From Phormidesmis sp. (GTDB lineage Bacteria; Cyanobacteriota; Cyanobacteriia; Leptolyngbyales; Leptolyngbyaceae), in NCBI GenBank assembly GCA_965248535.1, contig CBDFJR010000002.1:768001-832000 (forward strand): a stretch of 64,000 nt of DNA. Direction: 5' to 3'. A program made the translations under genes and the position numbers. Below the pieces are notes generated by a model that made no database searches, was not told the DNA's origin, and worked only from the letters and a program-made list of their open reading frames with translations. Of this stretch, positions 41,034-50,254 are shown in pieces; position 1 is the first letter of the stretch, and every line of letters begins with the position of its first letter.

Positions 41034-42524
41034 ATGAAAGTCGAACTTCAAAGCATTTCAAAACGGTTTGGCAATGTGCAAGCGAATGATCAAGTTTCGC
41101 TGGTGGTCGAAGCCGGAACTATTCACGGGTTGTTAGGCGAAAATGGAGCCGGAAAAAGCACGCTCGTCAAAGTGCTGAGTGGGTTCATCAGCCGAGATGC
41201 CGGGGCAGTCTTGCTAGACAAAAAATCGGTAGAAATTAAAACGCCTGCTGACGCGATCGCGGCGGGCATTGGGATGCTGCACCAAGACCCGTTAGACTTT
41301 CCGCCGCTGTCGGTGTTAGAAAATTTTATGGTGGGCAAACCTGGAACTGGATTGATTGATCGGCGGCGATCGCTGCGCCAATTACGGCAGTTGGCGGCCG
41401 CTTTTAACTTCAATCTCAACGGCTATGAAACCGTCAACAATCTCACCGTGGGCGAACGTCAGCAGTTAGAACTTCTGCGGCTGTTGTCGTTGGGGGTGAA
41501 CATCCTGATCTTAGACGAACCCACTACTGGAATTTCTGCCTCTCAAAAAACCGCATTGTTCACGGCAGTCAAGCAGCTAGCCGCCGAGGGAAAATCGATT
41601 ATTTTTGTCTCCCACAAGCTAGAAGATGTTGAAGAATTGTGCGATCGTGTCACGGTTTTGCGGCACGGCAAAGTCATGGGCCGGGCTGAGATTCCCTGCG
41701 CGGATGCGGTGCTGATCGAGATGATGTTTGGGCGCGAACTAGCTCCACCCCTTAAGCCCCAGACTCGTCAAGCCGAAACCATGCTGCACCTGGAAAAAAT
41801 TCGGGTTGCCACCGATCGCTTGACGCTTTGCCTCGACGATCTCACCGTCTATAAAGGTGAAGTGATCGGACTCGCCGGACTCGAAGGCAGTGGACAACAA
41901 TTGTTGCTATTGCTCTGTGCGGGGTTGCTGCATTCTGCTTCAGGACAACTGACAATTAATGGTGCAGACATGACGCGCCAACCCTACTCAGACTATCTCG
42001 ATCGGGGCATTGGATACTTGCCCGCCGATCGCTTAAAAGAAGGATTGGTGAGGGGTCTGTCGATTCACGATCACGTCGCCTTACGGACTCCTACCCGCAG
42101 TTTATTTGTCGATTGGCAAGCAACCTTAAAGCAAACGGTGCAAGCGATCGCGACCTTTAACATTCGCGGCAAGCCCAACACTCCAGTCGAACGATTGTCA
42201 GGCGGCAATCAACAGCGCACTCAATTAGCCTTGCTGCCAGTGCCTTTAAATTTGTTGTTAATGGAGCACCCAACACGGGGCTTAGATATCGAATCTGTAT
42301 TATGGGTGTGGCAACAGTTGATTACTCGATGTCAAACGGGCACGACCATTTTGTTTATGTCCTCTGATTTAGATGAGATTATGCGCTACAGCGATCGGGT
42401 GATCGTGTTTAGTGGGGGGAAAGCGTCTCGCCCGATCGCCGTTACTGATCTCACCGCCGATCGCTTAGGAGAATTGATCGGCGGTCGTTTAAGCGATGCA
42501 ATGGAGCTATCAGCAATCTCATGA
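41034..42524 (+). CDS. ABC ATP-binding protein with duplicated NBDs (sugar/nucleoside type)
   Basis: GENGAGKST, LDEPT, LSGGNQQ, PTRGLD. Confidence 0.92.
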   Translation: MKVELQSISKRFGNVQANDQVSLVVEAGTIHGLLGENGAGKSTLVKVLSGFISRDAGAVLLDKKSVEIKTPADAIAAGIGMLHQDPLDFPPLSVLENFMVGKPGTGLIDRRRSLRQLRQLAAAFNFNLNGYETVNNLTVGERQQLELLRLLSLGVNILILDEPTTGISASQKTALFTAVKQLAAEGKSIIFVSHKLEDVEELCDRVTVLRHGKVMGRAEIPCADAVLIEMMFGRELAPPLKPQTRQAETMLHLEKIRVATDRLTLCLDDLTVYKGEVIGLAGLEGSGQQLLLLLCAGLLHSASGQLTINGADMTRQPYSDYLDRGIGYLPADRLKEGLVRGLSIHDHVALRTPTRSLFVDWQATLKQTVQAIATFNIRGKPNTPVERLSGGNQQRTQLALLPVPLNLLLMEHPTRGLDIESVLWVWQQLITRCQTGTTILFMSSDLDEIMRYSDRVIVFSGGKASRPIAVTDLTADRLGELIGGRLSDAMELSAIS

Positions 42525-43561
42525 TCCCGAAAACTCTTTATTATCAACTGGCTGCCATTGCATTGGCGCTGCTGTTCATCACAGCAATCATCTTAGGAGT
42601 TGGTGCATCTCCTGCTCAAGTGATCGCTGAGATTTGGTCAGGTGCATTTGGTAGCGTTGGTCAATTTGCAAGAGTGATTGCAACGCTTGCGCCGCTTTTG
42701 CTGTGTGCGAGTGGATTGCTGTTTACATTCACCGCAGGGTTATATAACTTAGGCATCGAAGGGCAAATTGCTTTTGGAGCGATCGTCTCCACGTTTGCAA
42801 TCCAACTGACTCAAAATATGCTTCCTCCAGCGTTGGTGATTGCATTAGCGATCGTGATGGGTGGGTTAGGTGGTGCCCTGTGGGGATTGTTTGCAGGAGT
42901 GCTCAATGTCTATGGGCGCATTAACGAAATTTTTGCAGGCTTAGGTCTTAACTTTGTGGCCGATGGATTAGCTCTCTATCTAATTTTTGGCCCTTGGAAG
43001 CGAGAAGGCGTGGCCTCCATGAGCGGCACTGAGCAGTTTTCAGAAGCGTTGTGGCTACCGACGTTTAGCGATACTGATGCGAGTCCGATCGCACTGCTGA
43101 TCGCGATCGCTGCGGTTATCATCACATTAATTACCCTGCGAGGCACCTATTTTGGCTTACGGTTACGAGCCGTCGGGCAAAACCTTCGCGCTTCCTATGT
43201 GTTAGGCATTCCTTCTATTCGTCAATTGTTGAGTGCGTTCGCAATCTGTGGTGGATTTGCTGGCATTGCCGGAGCGTTGCAAGTTCTAGCAGTTTTTCAT
43301 CGTCTAATTCCTAATATTTCTAGTGGCTTAGGTTACCTCGCACTGTTGGTTGCCATGTTAGTTGGACTGAATGCCTGGTTTATACTTCCCGTTGCGTTTT
43401 TCTTTAGCGCTTTGAATATCGGCAGCCTACAGCTTCCATTAGATTTAAATCTAGAATCTTCTCTCGCGGGTGTGATCCAAGGGACGCTGGTTCTATTTGT
43501 TCTATTGAGTCGCGGGGTCAGTGAATTGCGCCGTCAGGCTCCTAAAAAACTCCCGTCCTAG
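42521..43561 (+). CDS. ABC permease (nucleoside/BPD_transp_2 type)
   Basis: NLGIEGQ, GLRLRAVGQN, multiple TM helices. Confidence 0.88.
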   Translation: MIPKTLYYQLAAIALALLFITAIILGVGASPAQVIAEIWSGAFGSVGQFARVIATLAPLLLCASGLLFTFTAGLYNLGIEGQIAFGAIVSTFAIQLTQNMLPPALVIALAIVMGGLGGALWGLFAGVLNVYGRINEIFAGLGLNFVADGLALYLIFGPWKREGVASMSGTEQFSEALWLPTFSDTDASPIALLIAIAAVIITLITLRGTYFGLRLRAVGQNLRASYVLGIPSIRQLLSAFAICGGFAGIAGALQVLAVFHRLIPNISSGLGYLALLVAMLVGLNAWFILPVAFFFSALNIGSLQLPLDLNLESSLAGVIQGTLVLFVLLSRGVSELRRQAPKKLPS

Positions 43562-43640
43562 CGCTGTTTCTGCTTCGCTTTTCTCCATAGTTTGCCGATA
43601 GGATTATTGATAAATATCGAACTCCTTGCGTCAGTGACTG

Positions 43641-43778
43641 ATACCAATTTCGGATGCAATTGCGACTGATCGTTCAATCCGACGGGTCACGGCATGCCAT
43701 GACCCTACGCTTTTTGTACGGGTATGGCACTGCCGTGCCCTCGTGCGGATCTGTCGCATTCACAAATCAAATTGGTAT
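43641..43778. mobile_element. 138-bp MITE/REPIN-like element containing two REP hairpins
   Basis: Terminal inverted repeats ATACCAATTT (43641) and AAATTGGTAT (43769-43778), extending imperfectly to ~31 bp. Internal REPs at 43682-43708 and 43716-43741. Confidence 0.65.
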
Positions 43779-43790
43779 GAGTTTTAAATC

Positions 43791-45347
43791 TTAAGCGTCG
43801 ATTTCTAAGGAACCGATGGGATAGGCCACGCAGGTCAGTGCATAACCCGCTTGCTGATCGGCACTCGTCAAGGCCGCGGGAGAATTTTGATAGCGCACCT
43901 GTCCTTTTTGAATGCTGACTTTACACGCTCCGCAGGCTCCGACTCGACACGCATGGCGCAGTTGAATGCCCTCTTGCTCGGCTGTCTCTAAAATAGAGGT
44001 GCTATCGTCGGCTAAAACCTCTCGATCGGACTTCGTGAAATAGATCACAGACACCGCAGGCTGAGTTGACAGGGGCAGATCTGAGGGAGCATCTTGACCA
44101 TTGCCGAGAGTGTAAAACTTAGACGACAGTGGTTTGATCAGGGTCGCATCCAACTGTCCCCCATCAGAGATTGCAGTTTGGGGTGCAGTGGGCGAGATTG
44201 AGCTTGACGACTGACCCCCAAAGCTTTCTTCTTGATAGTTTTGCATAGGAAATTTTAGGCTTTCTAACAAAGCGCGAATCGCCTGCATAAACCCTTCTGA
44301 GCCACACACATAAGCCGATCGCTCCAGCAGATCGGGGGCCACCATCGGCAACATTGAGGCAGAAATGCGTCCGGTTAGTCCCATCCAAGCCTGTTTGAGG
44401 GAAGGTCGAGTCACGGTGATCGCCAACCGCAAATTAGGCATTTGCGCTGCGATCGCTTCTAACTCGGCGCGAAATACCACATCTTCGGGCGAAGTGGCGC
44501 TGTAGAGGAAAATAATGTCACAGTCTATCAAGGTGTCTTGCAGCCAGCGCAGCATTGACATCATCGGCGTGATGCCGCTTCCGGCAGAAATCAACAGCAG
44601 TTTAGGCGGCACTGTGGGCAAACAGCTAAAACTTCCCATCGGGCCGCCGACGAGCTTAACGCGATCGCCCACTTTAAACTGATCGTGCAGCCAGTTAGAA
44701 ACCAGACCCGGAGACACTTCTGGCTGATCTGGCGGACTGGGCACTCGCTTCACCGTGACGCTCAAGTGATAAGGGCGAGTCGGCGATGAAGAAATCGAGT
44801 AACAGCGCCTCACGGGTTTGTCATCAATCACCATTTCTAAGTTGACAAACTGCCCCGGCTGATAGCAAAACAGCACAGGCGGTTCTGCCACTAGGCAAAA
44901 GGTTTTGACATCGGGAGTTTCGTCAACAATGCGACAACAGCGACAGACTAAATCTTCTGCGACCCAAGGCTGAGTAGGCACTAGGGTAGGAGTCTCGATC
45001 GCCGTTTCAAGACTTGCCGCCGAGATGGGAGCAACTAGGGACTCAATGTGTAAAAATGTCTGCCCAAGCTGAAGCAAATCGCCAGGGTGAAGGGGATGCG
45101 GGTCGTCTATGGGAATCATCTCCCCATTGAGCAGTGAGCCTGATGCGCTGCCGACATCAATAAAATAGTAGGCAGGGTCAAGATAGATAATCCGCCCGTG
45201 CACTCGACTGACTTCGGGATTGGTTAGCACTAGGTCGCAGGTGGTGCTGCGGCCAATCACCCAATCTGTTTGTCCGGGGTAAGATGCTTGAAGCTGATGA
45301 TTTTGAAACTCTCGCTGTTCAAAGTTAACTGATTTCAGGATCAACAT
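43791..45347 (-). CDS. FHA domain + FAD/NAD(P)-binding oxidoreductase + C-terminal 2Fe-2S ferredoxin
   Basis: IGR..SRVH FHA motifs, RCYSISS, GLVS, AGSGITP, YVCG, EESF, and C-x4-C-x2-C...C (ACRVGACGAC..LTC). Confidence 0.9.
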   Translation of the reverse strand: MLILKSVNFEQREFQNHQLQASYPGQTDWVIGRSTTCDLVLTNPEVSRVHGRIIYLDPAYYFIDVGSASGSLLNGEMIPIDDPHPLHPGDLLQLGQTFLHIESLVAPISAASLETAIETPTLVPTQPWVAEDLVCRCCRIVDETPDVKTFCLVAEPPVLFCYQPGQFVNLEMVIDDKPVRRCYSISSSPTRPYHLSVTVKRVPSPPDQPEVSPGLVSNWLHDQFKVGDRVKLVGGPMGSFSCLPTVPPKLLLISAGSGITPMMSMLRWLQDTLIDCDIIFLYSATSPEDVVFRAELEAIAAQMPNLRLAITVTRPSLKQAWMGLTGRISASMLPMVAPDLLERSAYVCGSEGFMQAIRALLESLKFPMQNYQEESFGGQSSSSISPTAPQTAISDGGQLDATLIKPLSSKFYTLGNGQDAPSDLPLSTQPAVSVIYFTKSDREVLADDSTSILETAEQEGIQLRHACRVGACGACKVSIQKGQVRYQNSPAALTSADQQAGYALTCVAYPIGSLEIDA

Positions 45348-45397
45348 CGGGATTAACCTCTTGGGTGATGAGCAATTTGCACAGAGTCTGGTTTTGG

Positions 45398-45510
45398 GAT
45401 CGTGGATTAACGATATTGGTGAATGGCATGGGCCAGGGGCACGGCAATGCCATGCCCGTACATCGATCTGGGGTCGCCCCGGATATCGATTCGTTTTTTA
45501 ATCCCCGATC
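45398..45510. repeat. REP-containing inverted-repeat element
   Basis: GATCGTGGATTAA ... TTAATCCCCGATC ends, with internal AGGGGCACGGCAATGCCATGCCCGTAC at 45435-45461. Confidence 0.55.
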
Positions 45511-45519
45511 GCTAGGGGA

Positions 45520-47214
45520 TTAGACATTCGATTTTTTAGATGGTTTTGCGATCGTTCTAGCCAGGGTGATAGCGCTGTGAAAGGCTTCGGTTGAGGGCTG
45601 AGAGCAGGCGAGAATCTCTGAATTTGTGGCCGCGATCGTCTCGATCGTCGAAAAGTGATCGGCATCGGTTAGCTGCAAATCTTGTCGCAGTTGCCGACAA
45701 AATTCAAAACTGCCAGAGGCACTCATGGTTTGCTGTCGCAGCAAGTCGAGCACAACTCCCGTATAGGTTTGCAGCCGCAATTGTTGAGAGACTCCCTGCA
45801 AAACTTTGACCAGCGTATAGATTTCATCGGGGGTGAGATCATCGAGCGATCGTCCTTCTAAAAGCGCTGGCTCGATCGCCAGCTTTTGCAACTGTTTGCG
45901 GAGGCTAGTGGTCATATTTTCGCGCTCATATTGAGAGCGAGTGCGGCGCATTGTGCGATAGAGCCACAGCGAACCAACCAGAACAATGAGAGCATTAAAC
46001 GCAAACAGGGGATAGTCGGGCAAACGGTTGAGCGAAGGACGAGCACCATAGGAAAAGAACGTCCAAAAAGAGGTGACCGTAAACAGCGTAAACACAATAT
46101 GCTGTGCCTGCTCTTGAGAAATAGCGCGACCTTTTCTAACAATCACTTTGCGACACAGTTTTTCTGCAATCAGCCCCAGCGTGAAAGTGATTGCGATTAA
46201 GACTGCAAACGTGATGAACACTGCAAACGCTTTTGGAATCGGAATGCTGTGCTGATAAAGATAAAACCCAGTGTCGAATGAGTTGGCAACCTGATCGTGT
46301 TCATGAGTCCATGCGCCTGTGAAGTAATAATCCCAGTTGCCCGCATAGAGGAAATAGTATAGATAAAACGCAATCACCATCCCCAAATAGCCATATTGAA
46401 CAAGCCGACGACCGGGTTTATTCAACTCTGTCCAATAAGTCTTTTCGGCATCAATATCAATGCAGGCTGTTTTGCATCCCACGCAGGCACTTTGTTCTCT
46501 GCCCGTTTGGGAGTCAGTGGTGCGACACATCGATTGAGTCACGGCTGCTTTAGGCTTGAGATAATTTTGACTGCCTAGGAGCGATCGTGGCCCCGTGTAA
46601 ACCATCTGCACAGGTGCCATCGGGCAAAAATATTGACACCAGCTTTTGCCCGCATACAAATAGCCCACCAGCATGGCGCAGAGAATCGTCGCGATCAGAA
46701 AGATGCCCAGGGCAAAACGATCGGAGTTGACGTAGAGAATTCGCAGCCCTAACCCCAGCACAAATAGCCCAAACTGAACATAGAGATGGTTGCGCCCTAG
46801 CCAGGAATTTTCCCCGATCGTCACGACCTCCTTTCGCACCTCACCTGTGACCCGATCCACCACTTTTTTTCGTCGCTGAATGCCTAGCGCCCGCGGGATC
46901 TGTGACAAAAAAGAGAGCGGACAAATTCGCCGCCAAAATTCATGGCCAAGCACCAACAGCACAAAAATTGCAGTCGGCACGATCATGGCCCACCAGATCA
47001 GAGCACTCATTGAAAAGGGTGCCTGCGCCAGACACGTCTCTCGAACCTTGACACACTGACTGAGATTGATCCGAAATGGACTGCTGAGATTGTTAGGCTG
47101 AGTCCACGCGATCGTAATAGGGTCATAAAAAAGTGACGCAATTAACACCAGCCAGCCAATGGTTAGCAACCAGCGGACACGGTGCATGGTCTTCTCAGAA
47201 ACTTGTTGCAGCAT
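45520..47214 (-). CDS. Multi-TM 4Fe-4S binding membrane protein (NapH/CcoG-like CxxxCP motif)
   Basis: WRRICPL, WCQYFCPM and SACVGCKTAC motifs, about 8 TM helices. Confidence 0.8.
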   Translation of the reverse strand: MLQQVSEKTMHRVRWLLTIGWLVLIASLFYDPITIAWTQPNNLSSPFRINLSQCVKVRETCLAQAPFSMSALIWWAMIVPTAIFVLLVLGHEFWRRICPLSFLSQIPRALGIQRRKKVVDRVTGEVRKEVVTIGENSWLGRNHLYVQFGLFVLGLGLRILYVNSDRFALGIFLIATILCAMLVGYLYAGKSWCQYFCPMAPVQMVYTGPRSLLGSQNYLKPKAAVTQSMCRTTDSQTGREQSACVGCKTACIDIDAEKTYWTELNKPGRRLVQYGYLGMVIAFYLYYFLYAGNWDYYFTGAWTHEHDQVANSFDTGFYLYQHSIPIPKAFAVFITFAVLIAITFTLGLIAEKLCRKVIVRKGRAISQEQAQHIVFTLFTVTSFWTFFSYGARPSLNRLPDYPLFAFNALIVLVGSLWLYRTMRRTRSQYERENMTTSLRKQLQKLAIEPALLEGRSLDDLTPDEIYTLVKVLQGVSQQLRLQTYTGVVLDLLRQQTMSASGSFEFCRQLRQDLQLTDADHFSTIETIAATNSEILACSQPSTEAFHSAITLARTIAKPSKKSNV

Positions 47215-47333
47215 AGGTGTTACCTCTTGTCATAACGGTGAGTGTCACGTCAGCTAGACACGACAAAATGCAAAACTAGAGCAAAATTTATCGATCGACA
47301 ACCCTGCGAAAACGGCAGCCGTCATTAAATTAA

Positions 47334-49298
47334 TTAATGAATCGCTTCATGATTGATTTGCCAAAAACTAACCCGTTGATTTGCATTCCAAGTCACTAAA
47401 TAGTCATGATCGGGACTGAATGCAACATTAGTCGGATGCTCTAATGTTCCTGTCTCTCGCATCGCTAAACTTCCCGATTGAGGAATCCAAGTGCGAACGC
47501 TGCCGTTACCGTGAACGGTCATAATATTGCGATTGCATTTAGAAATGAGAATAGGATTGGCAGAAGCTTCGGGCAAAATCTGAACTAAGACTTCGCGGTT
47601 GAGATCCCACATCAGTCCTCGGTCTTTGCCAAAGCTAATCAGCGTGTGATCATTCACCAGTTGTAAGCCCACGATCGTATCGGTATGCCCCGAAAACGTT
47701 CGGTGAATCTGCCCGGTGCGAAGATCCCAGATTTGAAGCTGGCGATTAGCACAAGGTGCAGCATCACAAGACCCGCGACTGGCTGTGATCAGAGTGTCAG
47801 AAGTCGCGCCATAGGTGAGAGCGGTCACGTCTGCTTGAGAAAAGTTTAAAGTTTGCAGCAGGGTGCCCGTGTTTAAATTCCATTGGCGCAGGGTTCTATC
47901 TTTACTACTACTGACCAATGTTTGTAGATCCGGACTAATTGCGATCGCTGTTACAGACTTTTGATGTCCTCTAAACGTTTGCAGCAATTTTCCTGACGTT
48001 GCATCCCAAAGCTGAAGCGTCCCGTCTTCGCGACCACTGACCAAAACCTTGCTGTTTCGGCTCACTGCTAACGCTGTCACAGGTGCGTTATATCCCGCCA
48101 GTGTCTTGATGCGGATGCCACTGGGCAATGACCACAGCCGCAAAACATGATCGGCTCCGGCGGTGACCATGACTCGATTATCAGGGGCAATCAGCACCCG
48201 CTCGACCCCCGACTTAATCGACATTTCCCGCAGCATGGTTAAATGCCCATCAGACGGAGGAAGAAACTTCTGCTCTAGTTGAGTGAATGCAGATTTAGCC
48301 TGCTGACCATAATCTAGAAACCATCCGCCCACTGCCCCTTTAGAAGCCTGCGAAGCCACCGTTCCGATCAATAACAGCGTGCTGGCAGGCAAAACCAACT
48401 GTTGCACCCATTGATGTTTGCGACGAACCCCTTTTTGAAAACTCTGGGCTGCGGGCAATGTCTGAAGGTCGGTCAAAACCTCTACGGCCTCTTGGTAGCG
48501 ATCGCCGACTCGACTTCGCACCATGCGATTAAGAATCACTAACAGATCGGGAGGAACAGAAGACGACTGTAGATAACGCTGCCAATCTAGCTCCCCAGAG
48601 ATCAAATCTTGCTTAAACTGCCGCGGATCAACCCCCGTCAGCAGATGAATCACCACAATGCCCAACCCATAGAGGTCGCTGCTGATCTGAGCCATTCCCA
48701 GGCGTTGTTCATCGGGCATATAGCCCGGAGTGCCAATTTCAAGGGGCAGCAAGTCAGTGCCAGGTTGCAGACTAGCCTCGGTTTCTGGCAGGCGATCGGC
48801 TGCGCCAAAGTCAATCAAAACCACCTTGCCGTCTCGACGACGACGAATTAAATTGCTAGGTGTAATATCGCGATGGATCACCCGATGCGAATGAATATAG
48901 TTCAAAACAGGCAGCATTTCTAGCAGCAATGCGATCGCCGCCTTAGCAGAAAAGCGCTTTCCGTGAGTTAACCATTGGCTCAAATTTTCACCCTCAATAT
49001 ACTCTTGCACCAGATAGGTTGAATCCGGTTCTTGTTCTTGAACGTAAGCAAAGAGTGTCGGAATTTGCTTGTGATGTTGCCCAAACTGCTCTAACAGATG
49101 AGCCTCTGTCTCAAACAAGCGATGCGCTGTCTCTAGCGAAATCGTGCTGTGTGCGGGCAGTTTAAGACACTTGACAACGCACAGCGGATGTTGAGGAAGA
49201 TATTTGTCGCGAGCCAGATAGGTTTCGCTAAACCCTCCCGCTCCTAGCTTCTCTAAAATCAGGTAGCGTCCAGTTAATAGTTGCCCAATCATGCTCAT
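47334..49298 (-). CDS. Ser/Thr protein kinase with C-terminal WD40 repeats
   Basis: LGAGGFS, VVK, HRDITPSN, DFG, GTPGYM, then a hydrophobic stretch and GH...WD repeats. Confidence 0.92.
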   Translation of the reverse strand: MSMIGQLLTGRYLILEKLGAGGFSETYLARDKYLPQHPLCVVKCLKLPAHSTISLETAHRLFETEAHLLEQFGQHHKQIPTLFAYVQEQEPDSTYLVQEYIEGENLSQWLTHGKRFSAKAAIALLLEMLPVLNYIHSHRVIHRDITPSNLIRRRRDGKVVLIDFGAADRLPETEASLQPGTDLLPLEIGTPGYMPDEQRLGMAQISSDLYGLGIVVIHLLTGVDPRQFKQDLISGELDWQRYLQSSSVPPDLLVILNRMVRSRVGDRYQEAVEVLTDLQTLPAAQSFQKGVRRKHQWVQQLVLPASTLLLIGTVASQASKGAVGGWFLDYGQQAKSAFTQLEQKFLPPSDGHLTMLREMSIKSGVERVLIAPDNRVMVTAGADHVLRLWSLPSGIRIKTLAGYNAPVTALAVSRNSKVLVSGREDGTLQLWDATSGKLLQTFRGHQKSVTAIAISPDLQTLVSSSKDRTLRQWNLNTGTLLQTLNFSQADVTALTYGATSDTLITASRGSCDAAPCANRQLQIWDLRTGQIHRTFSGHTDTIVGLQLVNDHTLISFGKDRGLMWDLNREVLVQILPEASANPILISKCNRNIMTVHGNGSVRTWIPQSGSLAMRETGTLEHPTNVAFSPDHDYLVTWNANQRVSFWQINHEAIH

Positions 49299-49621
49299 TA
49301 TCCTTTGTGCGCGGACGTGCTCAAAGGGCTGGTGTCCGCGAAAACCATTAAAAAGCTCGTTGAGATTGCCTAGAAAGACTCAGGAGATTTCCCGCTGAAA
49401 ATTGATCGAAATGCACCTTCCCCAAGTCTGGGAATTCTCAGTTAACGTCCTTTAGTGAATGCTGTGAAGACTTAAGCCAAAGCGGTAGATAAACCTCAGC
49501 CTAACTCCAGTTCATGAATGAATGAGATGTAACTTTGGCTAGATGCTCGTGTAGATTATAACGATTAGCGTCGCTGTTGACCACCCACTCTGCCAAAAAT
49601 CAGCAAAAAGAGAAGGTAAAT

Positions 49622-49657
49622 TAATTAGAACTAGGTCTGATCCCCCTGTTCTAATTA
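49622..49657. promoter_or_regulatory. Paired inverted motif 1: TAATTAGAAC-N16-GTTCTAATTA
   Basis: Read directly. A minus-strand TGGTCA-N17-TATAAT promoter at 49583-49555 points to the kinase gene. Confidence 0.65.
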
Positions 49658-50254
49658 GTCTAATATGGGGCGATCGGGCTGACTGATCGAGATCAATCGC
49701 CTTAACGTTTTTCAAAATTGGGGAAGTTAGGGGCAAAAAGCTTGATACCTGCAATAGAGATCGTTCGGTGCAGCAATGCTTAGAGAGAGCATTGAAGGTG
49801 CAGCCATAGCAGAATAACTGGCTGGTGCAGATATTTTGTGCCAATTTACCAACAAGCCCATCCCAGTTCGCCCCTGCGACCCTCCTCGATCGTAAAAGAC
49901 TGTGACACTTCAAAAACAAGCACAGGCACGGATTTTAATTTGTAGAGAATCAATGAGTCTAGGATGCAGTAATCAGGATCGTTGGCAATGAATTCAGTTG
50001 AGCAAATGCTGACAAAACGATTTAACCTTTTGTTAGGGTAGACAGGTTTGCCGAAGAACATGGGTGCAGCTACTAGAGAGTTTGTTCGTCCAGATCAGGC
50101 TCACTCCATTCAAGCAAGTAGAGATCGAGTCCATTGATTCTAGGTTTCAATCGAAGCTTTTAGAAAGGCTGGCTCAGATCACTGCCAAAGCTTAGAGTCG
50201 GTGCAAATCTACTCTGAGACGCGCTTCACCCGAAACACAGGCATATAGTCAAAG

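Noticed and set aside
49539..50061. Two short minus-strand ORFs in the kinase/PAS intergenic region
   Set aside because: They have non-ATG or weak starts and no motifs, and they overlap the promoter and paired motif; probably non-coding.
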